Of a stretch of DNA of 64,000 nucleotides, positions 48,768 to 58,702 are shown piece by piece. The stretch covers positions 2,400,001-2,464,000 of the forward strand of contig OY761614.1 of the NCBI GenBank assembly GCA_963664825.1, in the 5' to 3' direction. Under the pieces are notes generated by a model, which had not been told where the DNA came from, made no database searches, and saw only the letters and a program-made list of their open reading frames with translations. Both the position numbers and the translations under genes were made by a program. The first letter of the stretch is position 1; each line of letters begins with the position of its first letter. The DNA comes from an uncultured Holophaga sp. Its GTDB lineage: Bacteria; Acidobacteriota; Holophagae; Holophagales; Holophagaceae.

Positions 48768-50795
48768 CTACCAGATGGTGGGGCGTTCCGCAGCGGGGCG
48801 GGCCATGGGCGTCCCCTCGGGAATCTGGAAGACCTGGATGAATTCAGGCATGTTGGCCAGGGGGCCGTTCACCCGGAAATGGGCGGCGCTGTGGGGATCC
48901 CCCATGACGAGCATGCGGGCGGTTTCGGGCCGGGCGTGGAAACGCCAAGCCTGGGCATATCCCAGGAAGAAGCGCTGCTCGGGCGTGAATCCATCGAGAT
49001 CGCTGGGCTTGCCGTTCTTGGCCCAGCTCTTCTTCAGGGCCTCGAAGGCGATCTTGAGGCCCCCCAGGTCGGCGATATTCTCACCCAGGGTCAACTTGCC
49101 ATTAAGCTTGAGGCCCGGGAGGACTTCGAAGGCGTCGGCCTGCTTGATCACCAGATCCGTGCGGGAGGCATAGGCTTTGGTGTCTTCGGGGGTCCACCAG
49201 CTCTTCAGGTTGCCCATGGAGTCGTACTGGCAGCCCTGGTCGTCGAAGCCGTGGGTCATCTCGTGGCCGATGACCATGCCGATGCCGCCGTAGTTCACGG
49301 CGTCATCGACCCCTGCGTCGAAGAAGGGGGGCTGAAGGATGCCCGCCGGGAACACGATCTCGTTCATGCTCGGATCGTAGTAGGCGTTCACCGTCTGGGG
49401 CGTCATGCCCCATTCGCTGCGATCGAGGGGCTTGCCCAGCTTGGCCAGGCCCCGCTGGAACTCGAAGCGGGAGGCGGCGATGGAATTGGAGAGATAGGCG
49501 CCCTTTTTGACCTGGAGCTTGCTGTAATCGCGCCAGGTATCGGGGTAGCCGATCTTCACGTTGAAGGCCGCCAGCTTCTGCAGGGCCTTCTGCTTGGTGG
49601 CTTCGCTCATCCAGGTGAGCTGCTCGATGCGGTCCTTGAGGGCGGCGCGCAGATTGCCCACGAGGGCGAGCATCTTGGCCTTGGCCTCGGGGCTGAAGGC
49701 CTTCTTGACGTAGAGTTGGCCCACCACTTCGCCCAGGGCGCCGTCCGTGGCGGACTGCACGCGCTTCCAGCGGGCCTGGCGCACCTTGGCGCCGGTGAGC
49801 ACCTTGCCGTAGAAGGCGAAGCTCTCCGTGCCGAAGGCTTCCGGCAGTTCGCCCGCCGTGCCATGCACCAGATGCCAGCGCAGGTAGGTCTTCCACTGGG
49901 ACATGGGCAGATCCTTGGCCATGCGGCCCAGTTCCTCGAAGAATTGAGGCTGGCGCACCAGGATCGTCTTCTGCTCCGGCAGGCCGATGGCCTTGAAGTA
50001 GCTCGCCCAGGGGAAACCTGGTGCAAGCTTCGCCAGTTCCGCGGGGCTCATCTTGTGGTAGACCGCATGGGGATCCCGCTGCTCGACCTGGGTCATGGAG
50101 GCCTTGGCCAGGCGCGTCTCCATGTCCATGACGATGCCCGCATGGGCCTTGGCCAGGAGTGGGGTCTCCCCCAGGAGCTCGAACATCTTGGCGACGTGGT
50201 TCAGATACTTGGCGCGGATGTCCTGGGACTTGGCGTCCTCCAGGGTGTAGTAGTCCCGGTCGGGCAGACCCAGGCCGCCCTGCACGAACTGGGCGATGTA
50301 GCTGGTGCTATCCATGTCGTCCTGACCCACGCCGAAGCCGAAGGCCGCGCTGGAGGTCTCCATGTGCATGTGGCCGATTTCCAGGGCCAGGTCCTGGGGG
50401 GTCTTGAGGGTCTCGATGCGAGCCAGCAGCGGCTTTAAGGGCTTCAGACCCGTTTTCTCGATGGTGGCGGCATCCATGCCCGCAGCAAAGAAATCACCCA
50501 CCTTCTGGAGGGCGGAGCCCTGGGGAGCCTTGGTGGCCGAGGCCTCCTCCATGATCTCCTTCAGGGTCTTCCGATTGGCTTCCCGCAATTCATTGAAGGC
50601 GCCCCAGGTGGTCTGGTCGGCGGGGATGGGGTTGGCCTTGAGCCATCCGCCATTGGCATACAGGAAGAAGTCCTGGGAGGGTTTGATGGTGGTATCGCAA
50701 TTGGCGGGCTGAATGCCGTGGCCGGGTTCAGGATTTGCTGCGACCAGGAGGCCGGAGGCGAGGCAGAGGGAAAGGGCTGTGGTGCACAGTTTCAA
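48768..50795 (-). CDS. Secreted M13 metallopeptidase
   Basis: TTG start after GAGG, signal peptide, VNAYY, GHEMTHGFDD, ENIAD. Confidence 0.94.
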   Translation of the reverse strand: MKLCTTALSLCLASGLLVAANPEPGHGIQPANCDTTIKPSQDFFLYANGGWLKANPIPADQTTWGAFNELREANRKTLKEIMEEASATKAPQGSALQKVGDFFAAGMDAATIEKTGLKPLKPLLARIETLKTPQDLALEIGHMHMETSSAAFGFGVGQDDMDSTSYIAQFVQGGLGLPDRDYYTLEDAKSQDIRAKYLNHVAKMFELLGETPLLAKAHAGIVMDMETRLAKASMTQVEQRDPHAVYHKMSPAELAKLAPGFPWASYFKAIGLPEQKTILVRQPQFFEELGRMAKDLPMSQWKTYLRWHLVHGTAGELPEAFGTESFAFYGKVLTGAKVRQARWKRVQSATDGALGEVVGQLYVKKAFSPEAKAKMLALVGNLRAALKDRIEQLTWMSEATKQKALQKLAAFNVKIGYPDTWRDYSKLQVKKGAYLSNSIAASRFEFQRGLAKLGKPLDRSEWGMTPQTVNAYYDPSMNEIVFPAGILQPPFFDAGVDDAVNYGGIGMVIGHEMTHGFDDQGCQYDSMGNLKSWWTPEDTKAYASRTDLVIKQADAFEVLPGLKLNGKLTLGENIADLGGLKIAFEALKKSWAKNGKPSDLDGFTPEQRFFLGYAQAWRFHARPETARMLVMGDPHSAAHFRVNGPLANMPEFIQVFQIPEGTPMARPAAERPTIW

Positions 50796-50893
50796 GGATC
50801 ACCTCGGGGGGAAGACGTACTTCCAGGGAACAGTTTGAGGGAAGGGGGGCCGGGCTTCGGTGATCCCCGGCACTTGTTTAAGCGCGGTCTGGG

Positions 50894-52909
50894 CTACCAG
50901 ATGGCCGGGCGCACCCCGGCGGGCCGCTGCATGGGCGTGCCTTCGCCGCATCCGAAGGCCTCGAAGAATTCCGGCAGGTTGGATAGGGGGCCCAGGACCC
51001 GCTGGCGCCCGGGGCTATGGGGATCGGTCTTGAGGCGCACGGAGAGGGCCTCATTGCGGATATGGTTGCGCCAGACCTGGGCGGCTCCCAGGAAGAAACG
51101 CTGCTCGCCGGTGAACCCGTCGATGAGCGGGGCGGTTTGGCCTCCCAGGCTCTTCTTCCAGGCCGCGAAGGCGATCTTGAGGCCTCCCAGATCGGCGATA
51201 TTTTCCCCCAGGGTGAGCTTGCCGTTCACGTGCTCGCCGGGCAGGGGTTCGAAGGCGTCGTACTGCTTCACCACGAGGTCCGTGCGGGCCTGGTAGGCCT
51301 TTTTATCGGCCTCGGTCCACCAGTTCTGGAGGTTGCCGCTCCAATCGTATTGGCTGCCGCTGTCGTCGAAGCCGTGGGTCATCTCGTGGCCGATCACCCA
51401 TCCGATGGCCCCGTAGTTCACCGCATCGTCGGCCTTCGGGTCGAAGAAGGGCGGCTGCAGGATGCCGGCGGGGAAGGCGATCTCGTTCATGCTGGGGCTG
51501 TAGTAGGCGTTCACCGTGGGAGGGGTCATGCCCCATTCCGTGCGGTCGATGGGCTTGCCGAGCTTGGCTAGATTCTCCTTCACGCGCCAGGCGGAGGCCC
51601 GACGCACATTGCCGAAGTAGTCGTTTCGCTTCACATCAAAGGAATAGGTCTTCCATTTGTCGGGGTATCCCATCTTCACCCCGAAGGCCTCCAGCTTGCG
51701 GAGGGCCTGCCCCTTGGTCGCCTCGCCCATCCAATCCAGGCCCGTGATGCGCTCCTTGAGGGCTGCGCGGAGGTTCTCCACCATCTCCAGGACCTTCTTC
51801 TTGGCCTCGGGGCTGAAGGTCTTGGCCACGTAGAGCTGGCCCAGGGCCTCCCCCAGAGTGCCATCGGTGGCGGTCTGGATCCGCTTCCAGCGCTCCTCCT
51901 GGGTGGGCACGCCATTGAGCACTTTGCCGTGGAAGGCGAAGGCTTCATCCGCGAAGGCCTTGGGCAGCAGATTGGCCGTGGCGCTCACCAAGTGCCAGCG
52001 CAGGTAGGTGCGCCACTGGGCCACCGGCACCTCCTGGCTCAGTTTGCCGAAGGCCTGGAAGAAGGAGGGCGTGCTGACATTGAGGTCTTCGATCTGGACG
52101 CCTCGGGCCTGGAAATAGCCCTTCCAATCAAAACCTAGGGCCTCCTTCTGAACCTCGTCGGGCGTGCGCTTGTTGTAGCGCTTGACGGGGTCGCGCAGTT
52201 CCACCCGGCTCCACTGGGCCTGGGCCAGCTTGGTCTCCAGCGCCAGCACGGTGGCGGCATCCAGCCTGGCCTGAGGAGGCTTTTCCCCCAGCAGCTCGAA
52301 CATCTTGGCGACATGGGTTTGGTATTTCTCCCGGACGGCCTTGGAGCGGGCATCGTCCTTCAGGTAGTAGTCCCGGTCGGGAAGGCCCGTGCCGCCCTGG
52401 CCCAGGCTCGCCATGTAGCGGGTGCTGTCCTTGGCGTCCTGGCTGATATGGAACCCGAAGAATCCCGGCAGGCCTTCGTTATGCCACTTCGCGAGAAAGC
52501 CGGGCAAATCCCGGGTCTCCCGGAGGGCCGCGATGCGCGCCAGGTAGGGCTTGAGAGGCGTCGTGCCGCGCTTCTCGATGGCAGGTTCGCTCATGCCGCT
52601 GGCGAAGAAATCGCCCACCTTCTGCTGCACGGTGCCCTTCTTCCAGTGCGGGTTCTGAGAGGTCTCCGTGAGGATTTGGCGCAGCGCCTCCCGGTTGTGA
52701 TCCGAGACTTCCTCGAAGGCGCCATAGCGGCTCTTATCGGCGGGCAGGGCGTGGCGCTTCAGCCAGCCCCCGTTGGCGAACTGGTAGAAGTCTTCGCAGG
52801 GCTTCATCGTCGTATCGAGATTGATCGGATCGACGCCCGTTTTGGGAGCGCCTGCCGCCAGGGTGGCCGTCACCAGACTCAGCGTGAAGAACAGGGAGCA
52901 TCGGAGCAT
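50894..52909 (-). CDS. Secreted M13 metallopeptidase
   Basis: Signal peptide, PCEDFYQFANG, VNAYY, GHEMTHGFDD, ENIAD. Confidence 0.94.
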   Translation of the reverse strand: MLRCSLFFTLSLVTATLAAGAPKTGVDPINLDTTMKPCEDFYQFANGGWLKRHALPADKSRYGAFEEVSDHNREALRQILTETSQNPHWKKGTVQQKVGDFFASGMSEPAIEKRGTTPLKPYLARIAALRETRDLPGFLAKWHNEGLPGFFGFHISQDAKDSTRYMASLGQGGTGLPDRDYYLKDDARSKAVREKYQTHVAKMFELLGEKPPQARLDAATVLALETKLAQAQWSRVELRDPVKRYNKRTPDEVQKEALGFDWKGYFQARGVQIEDLNVSTPSFFQAFGKLSQEVPVAQWRTYLRWHLVSATANLLPKAFADEAFAFHGKVLNGVPTQEERWKRIQTATDGTLGEALGQLYVAKTFSPEAKKKVLEMVENLRAALKERITGLDWMGEATKGQALRKLEAFGVKMGYPDKWKTYSFDVKRNDYFGNVRRASAWRVKENLAKLGKPIDRTEWGMTPPTVNAYYSPSMNEIAFPAGILQPPFFDPKADDAVNYGAIGWVIGHEMTHGFDDSGSQYDWSGNLQNWWTEADKKAYQARTDLVVKQYDAFEPLPGEHVNGKLTLGENIADLGGLKIAFAAWKKSLGGQTAPLIDGFTGEQRFFLGAAQVWRNHIRNEALSVRLKTDPHSPGRQRVLGPLSNLPEFFEAFGCGEGTPMQRPAGVRPAIW

Positions 52910-53029
52910 ACCGAACCTCGCAATGTGAGGCTATAGGATCGCGCCATCGAAAGACCTGTCAAGGGTCGGCCTGGAGACCCCGCAGCACCCCTCATAAAAT
53001 CAAGCGCGGAGATAAGGGCGCCCGGTGGG

Positions 53030-54139
53030 TCAATCCCCGAAGCTGATCCCCAGATCCCTACCGGTCTGCACGGTGTCGCAGTCCAGGGGCACGCCCTTCA
53101 TGCGTCCGGCCACTTCGGCCAGGGGCACATAGTTTACGTTGGGGAAGGCCAGGGCCACCATGATGCCGCTCTGCCCCTCGTCCAGGGCTCGCACGGCGGC
53201 TGCACCGAAGCGCAGGGCGGCTAGGCGGTCGAAGCTGGTGGGGGAGCCTCCCCGCAGCAGGTGGCCCAGCACCACCGTGCGGGCATCCTTGCCGGTGAGG
53301 GTCTCCAGGGCCTTGGCCACTCGCTCGCCCACGCCGCCCAGGCGCTCGGCCTGGCCGATCTCCGCGGGTTCCAGGATGGCCCGGTGGCCATCGGCGGGTT
53401 GGGCGCCTTCGGCGACCACCACGAGGGAATACATGCGGCCTTGGGTGTCCCTCGCGCGGAGTTGAGCGGCCACTTTCTCCAGGTCGAAGGGAATTTCCGG
53501 GATGAGGATGGCGTGGGCTCCGCCCGAGATCCCTGAATGCAGGGCGATCCAGCCCGCATAGCGGCCCATCACCTCCACCACGATCACCCGCTGGTGGCTC
53601 TCGGCCGTGCTGTGGAGGCGGTCCAGGCATTCGGTGGCGAAGGAGACGGCCGTATCGAAGCCGAAGGTCGTGTTGGTCTTGTCCAGATCGTTATCGATGG
53701 TCTTGGGCACCCCCACCACCTTCAGGCCCTTCTGGGCCAGGGCATTGGCGATGGTGAGGGAACCGTCGCCGCCGATGGAGATCAAGGCGTCCAGCTCCCG
53801 CTTGCCGAAGAATTCCAGGATCTCGTCGGTGCGATCGATCTCCCGCACCGTGCCATCGGGCATCTTGACGGGATAGTGCAGGGGGTTGCCCTTGTTGGTG
53901 GTGCCCAGTATTGTGCCGCCCAGGTGGGTAATTCCCCGCACCTTGTCGCGGGTGAGCTTGAAGACACCGCCCTCGGGATAGCGCTCGGGGAAGAGGATGC
54001 CGTTGAAGCCCTCCCGGATGCCATAGCATTCCCAGCCCAGGTTATTGGACGCGATGACCGCGGCCCGGATCACGGCGTTGAGGCCCGGGGCGTCGCCCCC
54101 CCCTGTGCAGATGGCGATGCGGCGGATGGAATGGGACAT
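53030..54139 (-). CDS. pfkA: 6-phosphofructokinase (PfkA family)
   Basis: TGGGDAPGLN, IGGDGS, PKTIDND, EVMGR, LGHLLRGG. Confidence 0.93.
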   Translation of the reverse strand: MSHSIRRIAICTGGGDAPGLNAVIRAAVIASNNLGWECYGIREGFNGILFPERYPEGGVFKLTRDKVRGITHLGGTILGTTNKGNPLHYPVKMPDGTVREIDRTDEILEFFGKRELDALISIGGDGSLTIANALAQKGLKVVGVPKTIDNDLDKTNTTFGFDTAVSFATECLDRLHSTAESHQRVIVVEVMGRYAGWIALHSGISGGAHAILIPEIPFDLEKVAAQLRARDTQGRMYSLVVVAEGAQPADGHRAILEPAEIGQAERLGGVGERVAKALETLTGKDARTVVLGHLLRGGSPTSFDRLAALRFGAAAVRALDEGQSGIMVALAFPNVNYVPLAEVAGRMKGVPLDCDTVQTGRDLGISFGD

Positions 54140-54237
54140 GGCGGCACTTCCTGGAGAGATTTCAGATGAGGATAGCTGAAGGAGGAGCCCACAGGCGGTG
54201 GGAATGCTCTTGCCTGGCCGTCCTCCCCTGGAGAAGC

Positions 54238-55317
54238 CTAGGCGGAGGCCTCCTCGGGTTCCTCCGGGGACGGCAGGTCCTTCAGTTCCTTCCGGGCCAG
54301 GCCCCTGCGCATTTCCGGGAGATGGGGTAGGCAGCTCGTGGTCCGCAGATACTTCTTCATGGATTGCAGGGGATGGCCCCCGTAGGCTCCGGGTTGGGTG
54401 ATGGCCTTGGTGACGGCGCTCAGACCGGCGAGCTGCACGCCGGCGCAGATATCCACATGATCGGTCACCGTGGTGCGGCCTCCGCAGACGAAGTGATCGC
54501 CGATGGAACTGGAGCCAGCCACGAAGAATCCCCCGGTCAGCAGCACGTCTTTCCCGATCTGGCAGTTGTGGGCGATGTGGCAGAGGTTATCGATCTTGGT
54601 GCCGCTGCCGATTCGGGTCACGTCGAAGGCGGCTCGGTCGATAGCGCAATTGGCGCCGATTTCCACATCGTCCTCGACGATGACCACACCCAGTTGGGGA
54701 ATCTTGAAATGGCGCCCCGCTTCGTCGTGGGCATAGCCGTAGCCATCGCTGCCGAGGGTGGTGTGGGCGTGGATCTCGCACCGGGCACCGATCTCGCAAT
54801 GGTGGCCCAGGAAGACCAGCGCGTGGAGCACGGTGCCGGGGCCGATTCGGGATCCTTCCTCGAGGACGCAGCCCGGCCCGACAAGGGCTCCCTCTCCGAT
54901 CACCACGCCCGGCCCCAGGAAGGCCCCGGCTGAAATCACCGCGTCCCGGCCGATCTGGACATCTGCCGACAGGAAGGCGCGGGGGTCGATGCCGGGAACC
55001 TGCCTGAACTTATCCTTGGATGGATCGAAGTATTTCTGCAGCACCAGGGCCAGCATCAGCGTCGGCTTGGGGGTCACCAGCACCGTGGCGGTGGCGTCTT
55101 TGGGGAGATGCTTCTCGAGGTGGGCCGCCATGACGATGGCTCCGGCCTGCCGGGCCAGGGCCGTGCGGAGCTGGTCCTCCGAGGAGGCGAAGACCAGGGT
55201 CTGGGAGGAGGCCTTCTCCGCCGAAGCCACGCGATGGAGGAGCACCTGGAGATCGCCCACCGTTCGGCAGATGAGGTGCTCAAATTCCGTCGCGATCTGA
55301 AGGCAGAGGACAGTCAT
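54238..55317 (-). CDS. lpxD: UDP-3-O-acyl-glucosamine N-acyltransferase
   Basis: Hexapeptide repeats, [34 protein letters not shown]. Confidence 0.88.
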   Translation of the reverse strand: MTVLCLQIATEFEHLICRTVGDLQVLLHRVASAEKASSQTLVFASSEDQLRTALARQAGAIVMAAHLEKHLPKDATATVLVTPKPTLMLALVLQKYFDPSKDKFRQVPGIDPRAFLSADVQIGRDAVISAGAFLGPGVVIGEGALVGPGCVLEEGSRIGPGTVLHALVFLGHHCEIGARCEIHAHTTLGSDGYGYAHDEAGRHFKIPQLGVVIVEDDVEIGANCAIDRAAFDVTRIGSGTKIDNLCHIAHNCQIGKDVLLTGGFFVAGSSSIGDHFVCGGRTTVTDHVDICAGVQLAGLSAVTKAITQPGAYGGHPLQSMKKYLRTTSCLPHLPEMRRGLARKELKDLPSPEEPEEASA

Positions 55318-55495
55318 CAGACACTCCCTGGGAGCAGTGCGGGAAGAAAACGCCATCCCGATGCGGAGTGCCGCGACTCTGAATTCCCAGCAGAATCCCT
55401 TTCAGAGTAGCCCCTTTTGCCTTTTCCCATAGGGCCCCTTCGGGGGCTTTGGAAGGAGGTTGGGTTTGGGGGAGCGGGATCTGGGATACTCGGTC

Positions 55496-56038
55496 ATGGC
55501 GATTCCCGGAAAGGTGTGGCGATGGGGGGCTCTCGGGGGGCTCTGGACCCTCGTGGGGGTGATCGTCTGGCTGGTGGTGATCCAGGTGATCCTCATCTTC
55601 TTCTCCCCCTTCGGCACCTGGCAGAGGCCGGGTATCGCCCGGGTGCGGGTGATAGCGGTGGAGAAGGATCCCTTGAGCCTCTTTACGGACAATATCCAGG
55701 TGCTCCAGGGCGGCGCCAAGCGCAGCCTCAATATGCTCAAGACGGAGCGCGTCCAGTTGAGGGTGGGCGACGAGATCTGGATCCTCGACAACTACTACAT
55801 GACGGGCACCCGGCCGGGCCAGTTCCGCCTGACGCCCTGGCGGCTCCTCCTGGAATATCCGGAGCCCCTGCTGATCCTGGCGCTGCTGGCCATCTGGCGC
55901 CTGCGCCGGGCCCAAGCCGAGGCTCGCGCTCGGGAGGCCCAGGAGGATCTGACTCGGCCGCGGACGGTCCTGGTGGATGATTTCCACGCCAGGGCCGAGC
56001 GTTTCAAGGTGCCCCAGGATCCAGGAAGGAATTCATGA
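55496..56038 (+). CDS. Hypothetical membrane protein
   Basis: Two hydrophobic segments flanking a small beta-rich region. ATGA overlap with the helicase gene. Confidence 0.7.
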   Translation: MAIPGKVWRWGALGGLWTLVGVIVWLVVIQVILIFFSPFGTWQRPGIARVRVIAVEKDPLSLFTDNIQVLQGGAKRSLNMLKTERVQLRVGDEIWILDNYYMTGTRPGQFRLTPWRLLLEYPEPLLILALLAIWRLRRAQAEARAREAQEDLTRPRTVLVDDFHARAERFKVPQDPGRNS

Positions 56039-58578
56039 TTTCCAAGCTCTACGATCTGTTGTCCGGGGAGGGCGACAGTAGCAACGATGGCCTGCTGGGG
56101 CGTTTCCTGGATTATATCGACGGGAAGGGGCTCTCCCTCTATCCGGCCCAGGAGGAGGCGATCCTCGAAATTTTCGAAGACAAGAATGTCATCCTCAATA
56201 CCCCCACGGGCTCCGGCAAGTCGCTGGTGGCCACTGCCCTACACTTCAGGGCCCTGGCTCAAGGGCGGCGCAGCGTCTACACCTGCCCCGTGAAGGCCCT
56301 GGTCAACGAGAAGTGGCTGGCCCTCTGCCAGGAGTTTGGGCCCCAAAATGTTGGCCTCAGCACGGGCGATGCCACCGTGAACCGGGACGCGCCCATCCTC
56401 TGCTGTACCGCCGAGATCCTGGCCAATATCGCCCTGCGGGAGGGGGCAGAATCCGGTATCCGGGACGTGGTCATGGACGAGTTCCACTACTACGCCGATC
56501 GGGAGCGGGGGGTGGCCTGGCAGACGCCCCTCCTGACCATGCCCCAGGCGCGCTTCCTCCTCATGTCGGCGACGCTGGGCGATACGTCGTTCTTCGAAGA
56601 GGCCCTCACCCAGCTGAACGGCCGTCCGACCGTGGCCGTCAAGTCCGTCCACCGCCCCGTGCCCCTGGCCTTCTCCTACGCCGAAACGCCCCTGTCCTTC
56701 ACCCTCGAAAAATTAGTCCTGGAGGCCAAGGCGCCGGTGTACGTGGTGCACTTCACCCAGCTGGAGGCCGCCGCCAGCGCCCAGGATTTCACCAGCATCA
56801 ATCTCTGCACCCGGGAGGAGAAGACCGCTCTGGCTCTCGCTCTGGAGGGCTTCAAGTTCAATAGCCCCTATGGGCCCGACCTGAAGCGCTGGCTGCGCCA
56901 CGGCATCGGCCTGCATCACGCAGGGCTGCTGCCCAAGTACCGCATCCTGGTGGAGCGTCTGGCCCAGAAGGGCCTGCTCAAGGTCATCTGCGGCACGGAC
57001 ACCCTGGGGGTGGGCATCAACGTGCCCATCCGCACGGTGCTCTTCACCAAGCTCTGCAAGTACAGCGGAGAAAAGACCGCCATCCTCAGCGCCCGGGACT
57101 TCCACCAGATCGCCGGAAGGGCGGGGCGGAAGGGCTTCGATGATCTGGGCTGGGTGGTGGCCCAGGCCCCGGAGCACGTCATCGAGAACGCCAAGTTGGC
57201 CGCCAAGGTCGGCAAGAAGTTTGTGAAGCGCCAGCCCCCGGACCGCAACTTCGTGGCCTGGGACGAGAAGACCTTCCAGCGCCTCATCGAGGCCCAGCCC
57301 GAGCGCCTGGTGTCCAAGTTCCAGGTCTCCCACGGGATGCTGCTGAACGTCCTCTCCCGTCCCAGCGATGGCTGCCTGGCCATGCGGGAGCTCATCCGGG
57401 CGAGCCACGAGACCGAGCGGGCCAAGGAGGCCCACCGCAGGCGAGCCTGGCAGCTCTTCCGGGCGCTGCTGGAGCGGGGAATCGTCGAATTTGTGGAACC
57501 GGAGGCTCCGGGCGCGGCGAAACTTCGTGTGAACGTCGCCCTCCAGGACGATTTCTCCATGAACCAGGCCCTTTCGCTCTACCTCATGGACACCATTTCT
57601 CTGCTGGACAGGGAATCGGACGACTACGCGCTGAACCTGGTGACCCTGGTGGAATCCATCCTGGAAAACCCCGAGATGATCCTGCGCAAGCAGCTGGACA
57701 AGCTGAAGTCCCGGCGCCTTGCCGAGATGAAGATGGAGGGCATCGAGTACGAGCAGCGCATGGAGGAACTGGAGAAGCTGGAGTATCCCAAGCCCCTGCG
57801 GGACTTCGTCTACAGCACCTTCAACGCCTTTGCCGACGCCCATCCCTGGGTGGGCCAGGAGGCCATCCGGCCCAAATCCATCGCCCGGGAGATGTTCGAG
57901 ACCTACCAATCCTTCGCCGACTATGTGCGCAGCTACGAGATCCAGCGCTCCGAGGGCCTGCTGCTGCGCCACCTGAACAGCGTCTTCAAGGTGCTGACCC
58001 AAACGGTCCCCGATGACGCCAAGACCGATGAAGTGCGGGAGATGGAGATCTACCTGGGCGCCATGCTGCACCAGGTGGATTCGAGCCTCCTGGACGAATG
58101 GGAGCGCATGAAGGATCCCAATTACAGGCCCGGTGAGGCGGCAGAATTGAGGCCCCCCGGAGCCGAAGAGGCCGCTCGCGATATCACCCGGGACCCCAAG
58201 ACCTTCACCGCCTCCATCCGCAACCGGGTGTTCAGCTTCCTGCGCAGCCTCGTGGCTGGGGACTTCGAGGAGGCTGCCCATTTCCTGGGGGAAATCGGAA
58301 GTAGGGAAAGCAGAGTCTGGACGGCGGAAGAACTGCGGGAGCTCACCAGTGCATACCTCGCCGAACACCGGGAACTGCGCCTGGATCCTGAGGGCCGCAA
58401 TCTGCGCCACACCTACGTCGTGCCTTCCGAGGATGGGGGAAGCTGGACCCTCCAGCAGATGCTGGTCGATCCCGAGGAACAGAACGATTGGGTGGCGGAA
58501 TTCAGCGTGGATCTGGAGGCCAGCCGAGCGGCCGAAATGCCCGTGCTGAACCTGACGCGCATCGGCGCGTACCGCTGA
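56035..58578 (+). CDS. Ski2-like DEAD/DEAH-box helicase with DUF3516
   Basis: [31 protein letters not shown]-terminal [10 protein letters not shown]. Confidence 0.92.
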   Translation: MISKLYDLLSGEGDSSNDGLLGRFLDYIDGKGLSLYPAQEEAILEIFEDKNVILNTPTGSGKSLVATALHFRALAQGRRSVYTCPVKALVNEKWLALCQEFGPQNVGLSTGDATVNRDAPILCCTAEILANIALREGAESGIRDVVMDEFHYYADRERGVAWQTPLLTMPQARFLLMSATLGDTSFFEEALTQLNGRPTVAVKSVHRPVPLAFSYAETPLSFTLEKLVLEAKAPVYVVHFTQLEAAASAQDFTSINLCTREEKTALALALEGFKFNSPYGPDLKRWLRHGIGLHHAGLLPKYRILVERLAQKGLLKVICGTDTLGVGINVPIRTVLFTKLCKYSGEKTAILSARDFHQIAGRAGRKGFDDLGWVVAQAPEHVIENAKLAAKVGKKFVKRQPPDRNFVAWDEKTFQRLIEAQPERLVSKFQVSHGMLLNVLSRPSDGCLAMRELIRASHETERAKEAHRRRAWQLFRALLERGIVEFVEPEAPGAAKLRVNVALQDDFSMNQALSLYLMDTISLLDRESDDYALNLVTLVESILENPEMILRKQLDKLKSRRLAEMKMEGIEYEQRMEELEKLEYPKPLRDFVYSTFNAFADAHPWVGQEAIRPKSIAREMFETYQSFADYVRSYEIQRSEGLLLRHLNSVFKVLTQTVPDDAKTDEVREMEIYLGAMLHQVDSSLLDEWERMKDPNYRPGEAAELRPPGAEEAARDITRDPKTFTASIRNRVFSFLRSLVAGDFEEAAHFLGEIGSRESRVWTAEELRELTSAYLAEHRELRLDPEGRNLRHTYVVPSEDGGSWTLQQMLVDPEEQNDWVAEFSVDLEASRAAEMPVLNLTRIGAYR

Positions 58579-58592
58579 TCTACCGGAATCAA

Positions 58593-58672
58593 TTCACCGT
58601 TCTCATTCTTTTCCCCGTTCTCACCGTCCTCACTGGCTGCATTTGACCAGTGAAAACGGTGAGGACGGTGAA
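58593..58672. repeat. Palindromic element built from 9-nt tandem units
   Basis: Units of (T)CACCGTYCT type on the left arm (58611-58636, plus an extra copy at 58593-58605) and their complements on the right arm (58647-58672). Confidence 0.7.
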
Positions 58673-58702
58673 CAGGGCATCACCATCCCTTCCGGCAGGC
58701 CA

